From positions 1 through 52,064 of the IMG/VR virus record IMGVR_UViG_3300021405_000018: a stretch of DNA of 52,064 nucleotides; one strand, written 5' to 3'. Position numbers and translations under genes: made by a program. The notes under the pieces are model-generated. The model was not told the origin of the DNA, made no database searches, and saw only the letters and a list, made by a program, of their open reading frames with translations. The stretch comes from a virus (Duplodnaviria; Caudoviricetes). Position 1 is the stretch's first letter; every line of letters begins with the position of its first letter. This document shows positions 44,327 to 52,064 of this stretch, piece by piece.

Positions 44327-44891
44327 CGATGGGACCGTCATCCTTGAGGATGCGCAGGACGAGAGCGACAATGCGCCTGACGGACGGGTCGCATGGGAGG
44401 TGGCAGCCTGCCACTATTATGTGAACGTTGGCAACATTGCAGCAACCGCTCGCCGCTTCAATACGACCGTCTACGAAATCAAGAAGTTGATGGGCACGCC
44501 GTGGTGGCAGGAGGAGGCCGCCCGCATCCGTAGCGATAGCCGGGTCAAGATCGACGCGGGGTTCACTCGGGTGGTCGAGAAGGGCATCCAGCTACTCGAA
44601 GACCGACTGGAGCATGGCGACATTAGCCGCATCAAGGAGATGCCCGATGGGCGCAAGATCGTCACCCGTACCGCAGTCAAGGCCGTCGATATTGCCCGCA
44701 TCGTGGACATGGCGTTCATGAAGCGCCAGCTCGTCCGCAACGAACCTACTGTTGTGGCAGGGGATACGCAGGCGATGTCCGTCCTGGCGCAGAAGCTACG
44801 CGCCCTCGGAAGGAAAGACCCCGACATGCTCAATGCGCCTACCGAAGGTAGGGGGATGACGGATACGGGAGGCAGCAATGCCGGAGAATAG
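44313..44891 (+). CDS. Terminase small subunit (putative)
   Basis: N-terminal HTH, WW motif; directly upstream of TerL. Confidence 0.7.
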   Translation: MKILDDGTVILEDAQDESDNAPDGRVAWEVAACHYYVNVGNIAATARRFNTTVYEIKKLMGTPWWQEEAARIRSDSRVKIDAGFTRVVEKGIQLLEDRLEHGDISRIKEMPDGRKIVTRTAVKAVDIARIVDMAFMKRQLVRNEPTVVAGDTQAMSVLAQKLRALGRKDPDMLNAPTEGRGMTDTGGSNAGE

Positions 44892-46338
44892 AATCCATGT
44901 CGATGCAGACCTCGTTGAGGGCTTCGTCGAAGCCTTCCTCCTGGGGGACTTCGATCAGGCGAAGCCAACCCCTCCGTTCCACCGTGAACTGTGGGGACTT
45001 CTATGCAGTGATGAACCTCTTATGGCAGTGGCGGCCCCACGTGGTCATGCCAAGTCAACCGCAGGCACTCTTGCCTTTACTCTTGCGTCGCTACTGTTCG
45101 GGTCCGACGACTTCGTACTTCTGGTATCAGCCACTGAGAGACTTGCCGCTGCTCACCTCTCTAATATGGCTCGGGTACTGACGACGAATGAGGACCTGAA
45201 GACAGAATTCGGTGTAGTGGTAACGCGGTGCAACGAGACCGAGCTGACGTGCTCCATCGGGCAGCGGGAGTTCCACATCCTCGGCAAGGGCGCAGAGCAG
45301 GCCGTCCGCGGAGCCCTCTGGAACAATAAGCGTCCCTCCCTGATCATCATCGATGACCTGGAGAATGACGAAGCAGTGATGTCCAAGGAACGTAGGGAGA
45401 AACTTCGTGATTGGTTTGACAACGCCCTTCTGCCGTGTGGGGCCGATAATCTGCGCGTACGCTTCCTCGGAACAATCCTACACCTCGATAGCCTACTGGA
45501 GCGGCTCATCACTGACACTGAAGGCGGATGGAAGGGTCGTCGCTTTAAGGCGCACAAGTCGTTCGATGACTTCCGCGAACTACTCTGGCCTGAGAAGTGG
45601 ACAGAGACTCGCCTGCGCCGTGAACGTCAGCGCTACATTGCCGCTGGTAATCCCTCGGGTTACTCTCAGGAGTACCTTTCTAACCCTGTTGCTGAAGCCG
45701 ACGCCTACTTCAGGCGCACAGACATCCGTCCAATGACACAGGACGACCACCTCCAGCCGAAGACAATGTATGCCTCAATCGACTTCGCCCTGGGCAAGGA
45801 TGATAAGGGGGATAACACTGCGATCTGCATTGCGGGCATGGACTCCTCAGGCATCCTCCATGTTGTGGACATGTACGCGCACAGGTATAGCCCAACCGAA
45901 GCGGTCGATAAGATGTTCGAACTTCAGGAGATGTACGACATCCAGACCTGGGTGGTGGAGGATGACAACATCTCCAAGGCTATCGGTCCGTTCCTCGACC
46001 AGGAGATGATGAAGCGCCAAGTGTTCCTCTACCTCGAAAGGATCAGACCGCACAAGGACAAGCAGGCCCGAGCCACATCCATCCAGGCACGCATGCGTGC
46101 CCAGGGCGTTCGCTTCAATTCCACGGCCCCCTGGTACTTCGACCTCTTCAATGAACTTGTTAACTTCCCAAGGGGAAAGACAGATGACCGCGTTGACGCC
46201 CTCGCATGGATCGGCCTCATGCTCGCAAAGATGGTCCCTTCTGCAACACGGGAGGAACTTGACGAGCTTGCCTGGGAGGAAGAAATGGGCATCGATGACT
46301 ACGACCAGGGAGGGCGCAGTGCAATCACTGGGTACTAA
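44878..46338 (+). CDS. terL: Terminase large subunit
   Basis: APRGHAKST, IIIDDLEND, GTILH, IDFA, DDRVDAL. Confidence 0.95.
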   Translation: MPENRIHVDADLVEGFVEAFLLGDFDQAKPTPPFHRELWGLLCSDEPLMAVAAPRGHAKSTAGTLAFTLASLLFGSDDFVLLVSATERLAAAHLSNMARVLTTNEDLKTEFGVVVTRCNETELTCSIGQREFHILGKGAEQAVRGALWNNKRPSLIIIDDLENDEAVMSKERREKLRDWFDNALLPCGADNLRVRFLGTILHLDSLLERLITDTEGGWKGRRFKAHKSFDDFRELLWPEKWTETRLRRERQRYIAAGNPSGYSQEYLSNPVAEADAYFRRTDIRPMTQDDHLQPKTMYASIDFALGKDDKGDNTAICIAGMDSSGILHVVDMYAHRYSPTEAVDKMFELQEMYDIQTWVVEDDNISKAIGPFLDQEMMKRQVFLYLERIRPHKDKQARATSIQARMRAQGVRFNSTAPWYFDLFNELVNFPRGKTDDRVDALAWIGLMLAKMVPSATREELDELAWEEEMGIDDYDQGGRSAITGY

Positions 46339-46428
46339 GGCGCATCCCGTAGGGATGGGGTTGGATACGCAGTGCGGTCAATGTGGCCGCGACATGTCCT
46401 CCTGCACCTGTGACTTCGGAGTATGACG

Positions 46429-46530
46429 ATGGACTTCTGGACATGGCTTGGCTACTCACTCCTCGGCCTCCTGGTCATTGCGGCCATCTTTGTGGTCTTC
46501 TACATTCACCTTCTTGCGAGTATTGACTGA
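46429..46530 (+). CDS. Small membrane protein (33 aa)
   Basis: GGAG RBS; single TM; TGATG-coupled to the portal. Confidence 0.45.
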   Translation: MDFWTWLGYSLLGLLVIAAIFVVFYIHLLASID

Positions 46531-48830
46531 TGGACAACGAAGACAAAGATGGCAACGAGTGGTTGCCAGTTGAATTCACCACGAAGATTACTCTCGACGT
46601 GGAGACCCTTCGCTCACCCAATCTGGTGCCCCGCTTCAGCGAGGACGAGATGGATGCGCTCGGGCATATGGTTGTGGAGGACTTCGAACGCGACCGCCAG
46701 ACCCGCTTCGAGTGGGAACAGCGGATGGCGAACGCCTTGCGCCTCGCCCTCCAGGTGACCGAGAAGAAGACATTCCCCTGGGAGGGCGCAGCCAATGTCA
46801 AGTTCCCGCTCATCACCATTGCAGCCATGCAATACCAGAGCCGAGCCTATCCTGCTCTCGTTAATGGTCCTAGTCCTGTTGCCGCTCGCCCTCTGGTGTC
46901 CATGCCGAAGATGCGTATGCCGCCGATGCCGCCTCAGCAGCAAGGTCAGCAGCCTGATCCGAAGGCCCAGGCCGCCATGCAGCAGTTCCAGCAACAAGCC
47001 CAGCAAGTGAAGGCCAAGTACGATGCTGAGTGCGACCGTGCTGAAGCTATCGCTAACCACATGTCCTACCAGATTCTGGAAGAGGACGAACAATGGGAAG
47101 AGAACCATGACAAGGCACTCCTCATCCAGTCAATACTTGGCTGCGTATTTAAGAAGTCTTACTTCGACCCAATACGCTGCCACAACGTCAGCGAGTGTGT
47201 CAGCCCCAGGGACATCGTCGTTGACTACTTCACACAATCCATCGAGACAGCCCCCAGGCTCACCCACATCGTCTACCTCTCCGCCAACGATTGTTACGAG
47301 AGAACTGCACGCGGAATCTTCTCTGCGATGCATACGGACGCCCCTAAGCCAGACCCCAAGCTCACCTACGCCACCGACCAGGAGCAGAACGAGCGCATGG
47401 GACTCGTCCAGCAGCCCGACGACCATGACGCGCCATATGAGCTGCTGGAACAGCATAGGACACTTGATTTTGACGGCGACGGATACGGAGAACCTTATAC
47501 AGTTACTGTCCGTTATGACACACGGCAGGTGCTGCGCATCGTGCCGCGATTCACTCGCTCGTGCATTACTTACGCCCCCACCGGAAAGCTCCTAAGGATC
47601 GAGCCGGTCTGCGCCTTCACCAAGTACCCCTTCATCCCTTCGCCGGATGGAGGCTTCTATGATCTTGGCTTCGGCGCACTCCTCGGCCCCATCAACGAGA
47701 CCATCGATAGTGCCATCAATCAGCTCCTCGATGCGGGTACCCTCCAGACTGCTGGAGGAGGATTTGTCGGAAGGGGCTTCAAGAACAAGAAAGGCGAGTA
47801 CAGGTTCCGCCCAGGTGAGTGGAAGACAGTCGATAGCACAGGCGACGACATCAGGAAGAACGTCGTCCCCCTACCGACTAACCCGCCGTCTCCGGCCCTC
47901 TTTCAGTTGCTGACCCTTCTGATCGAGTATGGCGAAGCCGTTGCAGGCGCAGTAGACATCCTCCAGGGCAAGAACCCCGGCCAGAATACCCCGGCAGAGA
48001 CGAGCCGGGCGATGGTCGAACAAGGCATGAAGGTCTTCAATGGAATCTACAAGCGTACCCATCGTGCCCAAACGCAGGAGTTCCGCAAGCTCTATCGCCT
48101 CAATACCATCTTCCTCTCCGAGGACATGCCCTACTATGCACGAGCCGTCCCTCTCGAATCCCAAAGTGCCGCAGGCCTCTATAAAGGTGCTAATGTCAAC
48201 ATCAGATGTTCAGCTGATCCTTTCTATATGTCAGACGCCCAGCGGTATAACCAGGCAACAGCACTACTGCAAGCTGCGCACGCGAGCCCCGGCTACGACC
48301 TCTATCAGGTCAACCGCTACTACCTACAGGCCCTGAAGATCCCGAGCATCGACACCTTCCTGCCCGACCCCAAAGGACCCTTTGCGGTGCCGCCGATGCC
48401 GAACCCGAAGATCGTGGAAGCGCAGATGAAAGCCCAAGCTGCCCAGCTTAAGGAGCAACTGAACTTCAAGATGAAGTTGATGGAGCTGATCCAGAAGGCC
48501 GAGTTGCAGGCAGCACAGATCAAGCTAATGGAAGCACAGGCAGTACAGGCCTTGGCAGAAGCAAAGGGAGTAGACACAGGACACCAGATCGCCCTGCTCG
48601 ATGCCCAAATCGCGGCCGCCAAGAACAAGCAGGAGGGCACTCTCGAAGCCATCAAGCTCCTGCATGAGATGAGTCAAGGAGATGAAGATGGTGGAAGTAA
48701 GTCGGGAGGAATGGGTTCTATGGCGGGATCATCCGGTGACGGAGGCGCTATGGGCAATGCTGCAACGGCACCACAAGGACCTGGAGGAGGCCCATTTGGA
48801 GCGCTTCCGACAGCAGGTAGTCCTTTCTGA
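46530..48830 (+). CDS. Portal protein
   Basis: PWEGAANV..P, FKKSYFD, GFY.LG.G, NQL.DAG; Gln-rich helical barrel; follows TerL. Confidence 0.9.
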   Translation: MDNEDKDGNEWLPVEFTTKITLDVETLRSPNLVPRFSEDEMDALGHMVVEDFERDRQTRFEWEQRMANALRLALQVTEKKTFPWEGAANVKFPLITIAAMQYQSRAYPALVNGPSPVAARPLVSMPKMRMPPMPPQQQGQQPDPKAQAAMQQFQQQAQQVKAKYDAECDRAEAIANHMSYQILEEDEQWEENHDKALLIQSILGCVFKKSYFDPIRCHNVSECVSPRDIVVDYFTQSIETAPRLTHIVYLSANDCYERTARGIFSAMHTDAPKPDPKLTYATDQEQNERMGLVQQPDDHDAPYELLEQHRTLDFDGDGYGEPYTVTVRYDTRQVLRIVPRFTRSCITYAPTGKLLRIEPVCAFTKYPFIPSPDGGFYDLGFGALLGPINETIDSAINQLLDAGTLQTAGGGFVGRGFKNKKGEYRFRPGEWKTVDSTGDDIRKNVVPLPTNPPSPALFQLLTLLIEYGEAVAGAVDILQGKNPGQNTPAETSRAMVEQGMKVFNGIYKRTHRAQTQEFRKLYRLNTIFLSEDMPYYARAVPLESQSAAGLYKGANVNIRCSADPFYMSDAQRYNQATALLQAAHASPGYDLYQVNRYYLQALKIPSIDTFLPDPKGPFAVPPMPNPKIVEAQMKAQAAQLKEQLNFKMKLMELIQKAELQAAQIKLMEAQAVQALAEAKGVDTGHQIALLDAQIAAAKNKQEGTLEAIKLLHEMSQGDEDGGSKSGGMGSMAGSSGDGGAMGNAATAPQGPGGGPFGALPTAGSPF

Positions 48831-48930
48831 TGACTGGACCAAGGTAAGAGACGCCAAGGCTATAGGCGCATACGAAGTGTATAGCTACCTTCTAGATATG
48901 GATGAAGAAGATGTCAACGCAAGTGAATAG
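48688..48930 (+). CDS. Small post-portal protein
   Basis: EEW..W.DHPVT motif; overlaps the low-complexity portal tail. Confidence 0.65.
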   Translation: MVEVSREEWVLWRDHPVTEALWAMLQRHHKDLEEAHLERFRQQVVLSDDWTKVRDAKAIGAYEVYSYLLDMDEEDVNASE

Positions 48931-49168
48931 AGTTACAGCCTTCCAGGCCGCAGTCAACGCAATGCATAGGCTTGAGGACGACCTCGCAAGAGGCGCAAAG
49001 GTCCGTAAGGACGACCTCGACCTGATCCGCTATGCCCTCCGCTCGGGCTTCATCAAGGCGCTCATCGAGAACGCCCTGTCCGATGCTGAGCGTAAGGAGT
49101 TCGATGCAATGGAGAAGGCGCATGTCATGAAGTTCTTCGCCGAAGAGGACAAGAGTAATGTTTACTAA
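48911..49168 (+). CDS. Hypothetical protein
   Basis: Operon context. Confidence 0.55.
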   Translation: MSTQVNRVTAFQAAVNAMHRLEDDLARGAKVRKDDLDLIRYALRSGFIKALIENALSDAERKEFDAMEKAHVMKFFAEEDKSNVY

Positions 49169-49466
49169 ATGGAAACCCGCAGGACAGTTCGTCCTCGTGG
49201 CGATGGACAAGGTCCCTGAGAAGGTGGGCAGTATCATCATGCCCCCGGCGAAGACAGAGCGCGAAGAGATGGCGCACATGGAAGGCACCCTCGTAGCTGT
49301 AGGCTGCGATGCATGGGCTGACCGTCATGCGCCCGCCAAGGTAGGCGATAGAGTCCTCTTTGCCAAGTACGCAGGCTTCCTGCGCGAAGAGAACGGCGTC
49401 AAGTACCGTGTAATGCACGACCTCGACATCGTCATGGTCCTGCACAAGGAGAACAATGATGACTGA
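49158..49466 (+). CDS. groES: Co-chaperonin GroES-like protein
   Basis: KP.G..VLV...GSIIMP...G.LVAVG...KVGDRVLFAKYAG...Y.VM...DI. Confidence 0.9.
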   Translation: MFTKWKPAGQFVLVAMDKVPEKVGSIIMPPAKTEREEMAHMEGTLVAVGCDAWADRHAPAKVGDRVLFAKYAGFLREENGVKYRVMHDLDIVMVLHKENNDD

Positions 49467-50313
49467 TGAAGTGATGGATGATGGTAACGAAGGGATCGAT
49501 CCGGTAGTACTCGCGGAGGCCGCCGAGCAAGGCTGGGTCCCGCAGGACCAATGGAAGGGTAAGCCCGAGGAGTGGAGTGATGCCGAAACCTTTGTGCGGC
49601 GCGGTCGTGAGATTAACCCGATTCTACGCAAGGCCCTCAAGAAGGAACGTGAGCGCACAGCGGCCCTGGAGACCGAGCTTAGAGCAACTGGGGCAACCGT
49701 TGCGGAGTTGCGAGAGTACCTCGCTAAGGTGGAGGAGCGTGCGACGGCCAATGCCCTGGCCTCCCTGAAGCGTGCCCGCACAGCCGCCCTCGAAGCCGGG
49801 GATCATGCCGCCGCAGCGGAGGCCGAAGAGCAGATGGACCAGCTCAAGGACTCTCCTTCTGCGGTCCCGAAGGCCAAGACCGCCACCACCCAAACGATCC
49901 ATCCTCAGGTCCAGTCCTGGATGGACGACAACCCTTGGTACAATGACGACGAAGACATGAAGGCGTATGCTGATGGCATTGCCCAACGTCTGATGCAAGC
50001 TCGTGCAGGTACGACCTTCGAGCCGAAGGATATCCTGCCCACCGTGACGGATAAGGTGAAGAAGATGTTCCCGGCCAAGTTCCAGGGCGATGCGCCGCCG
50101 AGCGCCATGTTTGAAGGTGGGGGTGGTGGTGGCACCGGAGGCACGCGTAGCGGCCTCCCCACTGGCGGTAAGAGCGCCTTCGACAAGCTGCCCGCCGAGG
50201 CCCGTTCCCAGTTCAAGCGCTTCTACGAGGCTGGCTACTATATCGACCTCAAGACCAAGAAGCCTCTCGACCTCAAAGCCGCCCAGGCGGAATACCTCAA
50301 GGAGTATGAATAA
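49456..50313 (+). CDS. Capsid scaffolding protein (putative)
   Basis: A..QGW.P...W.G...W.DA..F, coiled coil, W...NPWY; upstream of the capsid gene. Confidence 0.75.
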   Translation: MMTDEVMDDGNEGIDPVVLAEAAEQGWVPQDQWKGKPEEWSDAETFVRRGREINPILRKALKKERERTAALETELRATGATVAELREYLAKVEERATANALASLKRARTAALEAGDHAAAAEAEEQMDQLKDSPSAVPKAKTATTQTIHPQVQSWMDDNPWYNDDEDMKAYADGIAQRLMQARAGTTFEPKDILPTVTDKVKKMFPAKFQGDAPPSAMFEGGGGGGTGGTRSGLPTGGKSAFDKLPAEARSQFKRFYEAGYYIDLKTKKPLDLKAAQAEYLKEYE

Positions 50314-50852
50314 TGTCCAAGCCGTACGAAGTCCGTCATCCTGACGCCATCCCGAGTCGGGCACAGGTGCAGAATGATCTGGCCCCAGAAAAGGCTCCTG
50401 CACAAGAGCCTGTAACATCTGGTAACAATGATACCTTGCCCCGTCGTCGCATGATTGGCGGCGGAAGTAAACTTGGTGTAGACTGTCGCAAACTCATAGA
50501 AGCGGGGTTCCACCCCTACTGGCGCAACGATATGGACGGCAGAGTCCAGGAAGCGCTTGCCAATGGCTATGAGTTCGTCCATCCAGACGAGATTGAGGAA
50601 GTAAATCTCCGCGTCGGCGCACAGCCGATGTCGGCGGATAAAGTTAGCCGGATTGTTGGCTACACAGACAAGGGTGATCCCATCACTGCCTACTTGATGA
50701 AGATCAAGAAAGAGTGGTTCGAGGAGAATCAGGCCTTCTACCAGAAGCGCAATGACGCCATTGATCGTGCAGTCAGGACCGGGAACATTTCTTCGGTAGA
50801 GCAAGGCTACTCCCCCAAAGAGGGCATTACCTACCAGACTCGAAATCGTTAA
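50313..50852 (+). CDS. Conserved head-module protein
   Basis: GF...W.ND..GR......GYEFV...AYLMKI..EW. Confidence 0.65.
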   Translation: MSKPYEVRHPDAIPSRAQVQNDLAPEKAPAQEPVTSGNNDTLPRRRMIGGGSKLGVDCRKLIEAGFHPYWRNDMDGRVQEALANGYEFVHPDEIEEVNLRVGAQPMSADKVSRIVGYTDKGDPITAYLMKIKKEWFEENQAFYQKRNDAIDRAVRTGNISSVEQGYSPKEGITYQTRNR

Positions 50853-50864
50853 TGGAGGCCTGAA

Positions 50865-51548
50865 ATGGCTAACCCGGCAGCACCACATGGCATGTGCCCC
50901 GTGGCGTACCTCAACGGTGCGCCCTGGACAGGCAAGGCCAACCTCTACCACATCCAGTCCACCGACACCATTGCCTACTACATTGGCGACATCATGCAGG
51001 CTGTTACTGCAACTGCCAACGGTAGTACGGTCGGGTCGGATAGCCTGGGTGTCCCGAATGTGACGGGCTTCCCGCTCGGCGTCTCGGTCACTGGCTATGG
51101 TGCTTCCGGCACTGCCAACGTCGGTGCCTTCATTGGCCCTATCGTCGGCGTGCAAGTAGCGCCCGTAGGCGCTGGTGCCAACAATGCGCAAGGCCAGAAC
51201 GTCAACCTGAACGTCATGTCGGTCCCTGCCGTCAAGACTCACGACTACTATGTGTGGATCGCAGATGACCCGAACCTGATCTTTGAGATTCAGGGATCGG
51301 CTTCTCTCGCCTGCACAGCCTCCAACACAGTTGAGTCGAACACTACGTTCTTCCCGACTGCACCGGCAACCTCGTTCGGCCCGGTGTCGGCAACCGTAGT
51401 GGACACTCTGGTGACCTCTGCGACTGCGCCTCTGAAGGTCGTAAGCATCCCCTACCGCGTGAACGTTAGCTTCGGTGTGAATATGCCGCTGCTTGTGAAG
51501 TTCAACACGCACTTCCTCAACGTCGCGTCCGGTACTACCGGCCAGTAA
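50865..51548 (+). CDS. Minor capsid / cement protein (putative)
   Basis: MAN..AP.G..PV...G, DDPN..FEIQ, V.FN.H; directly before the capsid gene. Confidence 0.7.
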   Translation: MANPAAPHGMCPVAYLNGAPWTGKANLYHIQSTDTIAYYIGDIMQAVTATANGSTVGSDSLGVPNVTGFPLGVSVTGYGASGTANVGAFIGPIVGVQVAPVGAGANNAQGQNVNLNVMSVPAVKTHDYYVWIADDPNLIFEIQGSASLACTASNTVESNTTFFPTAPATSFGPVSATVVDTLVTSATAPLKVVSIPYRVNVSFGVNMPLLVKFNTHFLNVASGTTGQ

Positions 51549-51560
51549 TAGGAGACTATC

Positions 51561-52064
51561 ATGCCAGGAATTGGCGGTATCATCACCACAGGCGCACACC
51601 CCAAGGCGCTCTGGCCGGGAATCAAGGCGTGGTGGGGTCGTACGTACGCGGAACACCAGGAAGAATGGCCGCACCTCTTCATGCAGGATTCGTCCCACAT
51701 GAACTACGAGGAAGACGTCCAGGTCATCGGGTTCGGTCTCGCGTCGGTCAAGCCGGAAGGCGCTGGTACGATCTACCAGTCCGAAGTACAGGGCTTCATC
51801 ACGCGGTACGTCCACCTCGCGTATAGCCTCGGCTATATCGTGACGCAGGAAGAGCTGGAGGACAACCTCTACGAGAAGGTGAGCAAGCGGAGGGCAGCAT
51901 CGCTGGCCTTTAGCTTCCGCCAGACCAAGGAGAACGTTGCAGCGAACATCTACAACAACGCCTTCACCTCGGGTGTGCAGTTCCAGGGTGGGGATGGAGT
52001 GTCGCTCCTGAATGTGGCTCACCCGAATACCTCGGGCGGCACCTTCAGCAACATGCTCGCAGTT
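51561..52064 (+). CDS. Major capsid protein, N-terminal part (runs off the contig end, continues at the start)
   Basis: AGGAG RBS; MPGIGGIITTGAHPKALWPGIKAWWG... Confidence 0.9.
   Translation, partial: MPGIGGIITTGAHPKALWPGIKAWWGRTYAEHQEEWPHLFMQDSSHMNYEEDVQVIGFGLASVKPEGAGTIYQSEVQGFITRYVHLAYSLGYIVTQEELEDNLYEKVSKRRAASLAFSFRQTKENVAANIYNNAFTSGVQFQGGDGVSLLNVAHPNTSGGTFSNMLAV
51610..52064. repeat. Terminal redundancy copy B
   Basis: Matches 1-455. Confidence 0.97.

Noticed and set aside
50238-52022. 594-aa antisense ORF, and similar long shadow ORFs (10874-12190, 35576-36826, 3761-4333)
   Set aside because: Opposite-strand shadows of real genes in GC-rich DNA; no motifs

Overview
Near-complete genome (about 51.6 kb unit length) of a tailed, podovirus-like dsDNA phage. 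The contig is circularly permuted inside the major capsid gene: 1-455 is repeated at 51610-52064, with 23 mismatches. The + strand (44.2-52.1 kb continuing into 1-20.1 kb) carries the late module: terminases, portal, GroES, scaffold, a PaP3/LUZ24-type capsid, P22-like tail and ejection proteins, a PurD-like ATP-grasp ligase, fibres, holin, a serine protease and a GH108 endolysin. The - strand (43.5 to 20.1 kb) carries early/middle genes: many small ORFs, an SPFH protein, a Cas4-like nuclease, an AAA ATPase, an SSB-like protein, a 2OG oxygenase, an outer-membrane beta-barrel, a HAD phosphatase, a UDG-fused family A DNA polymerase split in two by an HTH gene, and a DUF3987-like protein. I see no integrase and no RNA polymerase, and the host is probably diderm. 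The most notable locus is a Ro60/Rsr (TROVE-vWA) gene preceded by about 1 kb of non-coding DNA. That stretch holds four paralogous Y-RNA-like genes sharing a terminal stem but carrying different internal modules, one being a circularly permuted tRNA mimic of the YrlA type, plus a CCA-ending pseudo-tRNA and further hairpins. Other oddities are a non-canonical tRNA-Tyr, a C-terminal peptide motif shared by three unrelated proteins, and an inverted-repeat-bounded promoter region. All calls come from motif recognition by eye; no database searches or folding programs were run.
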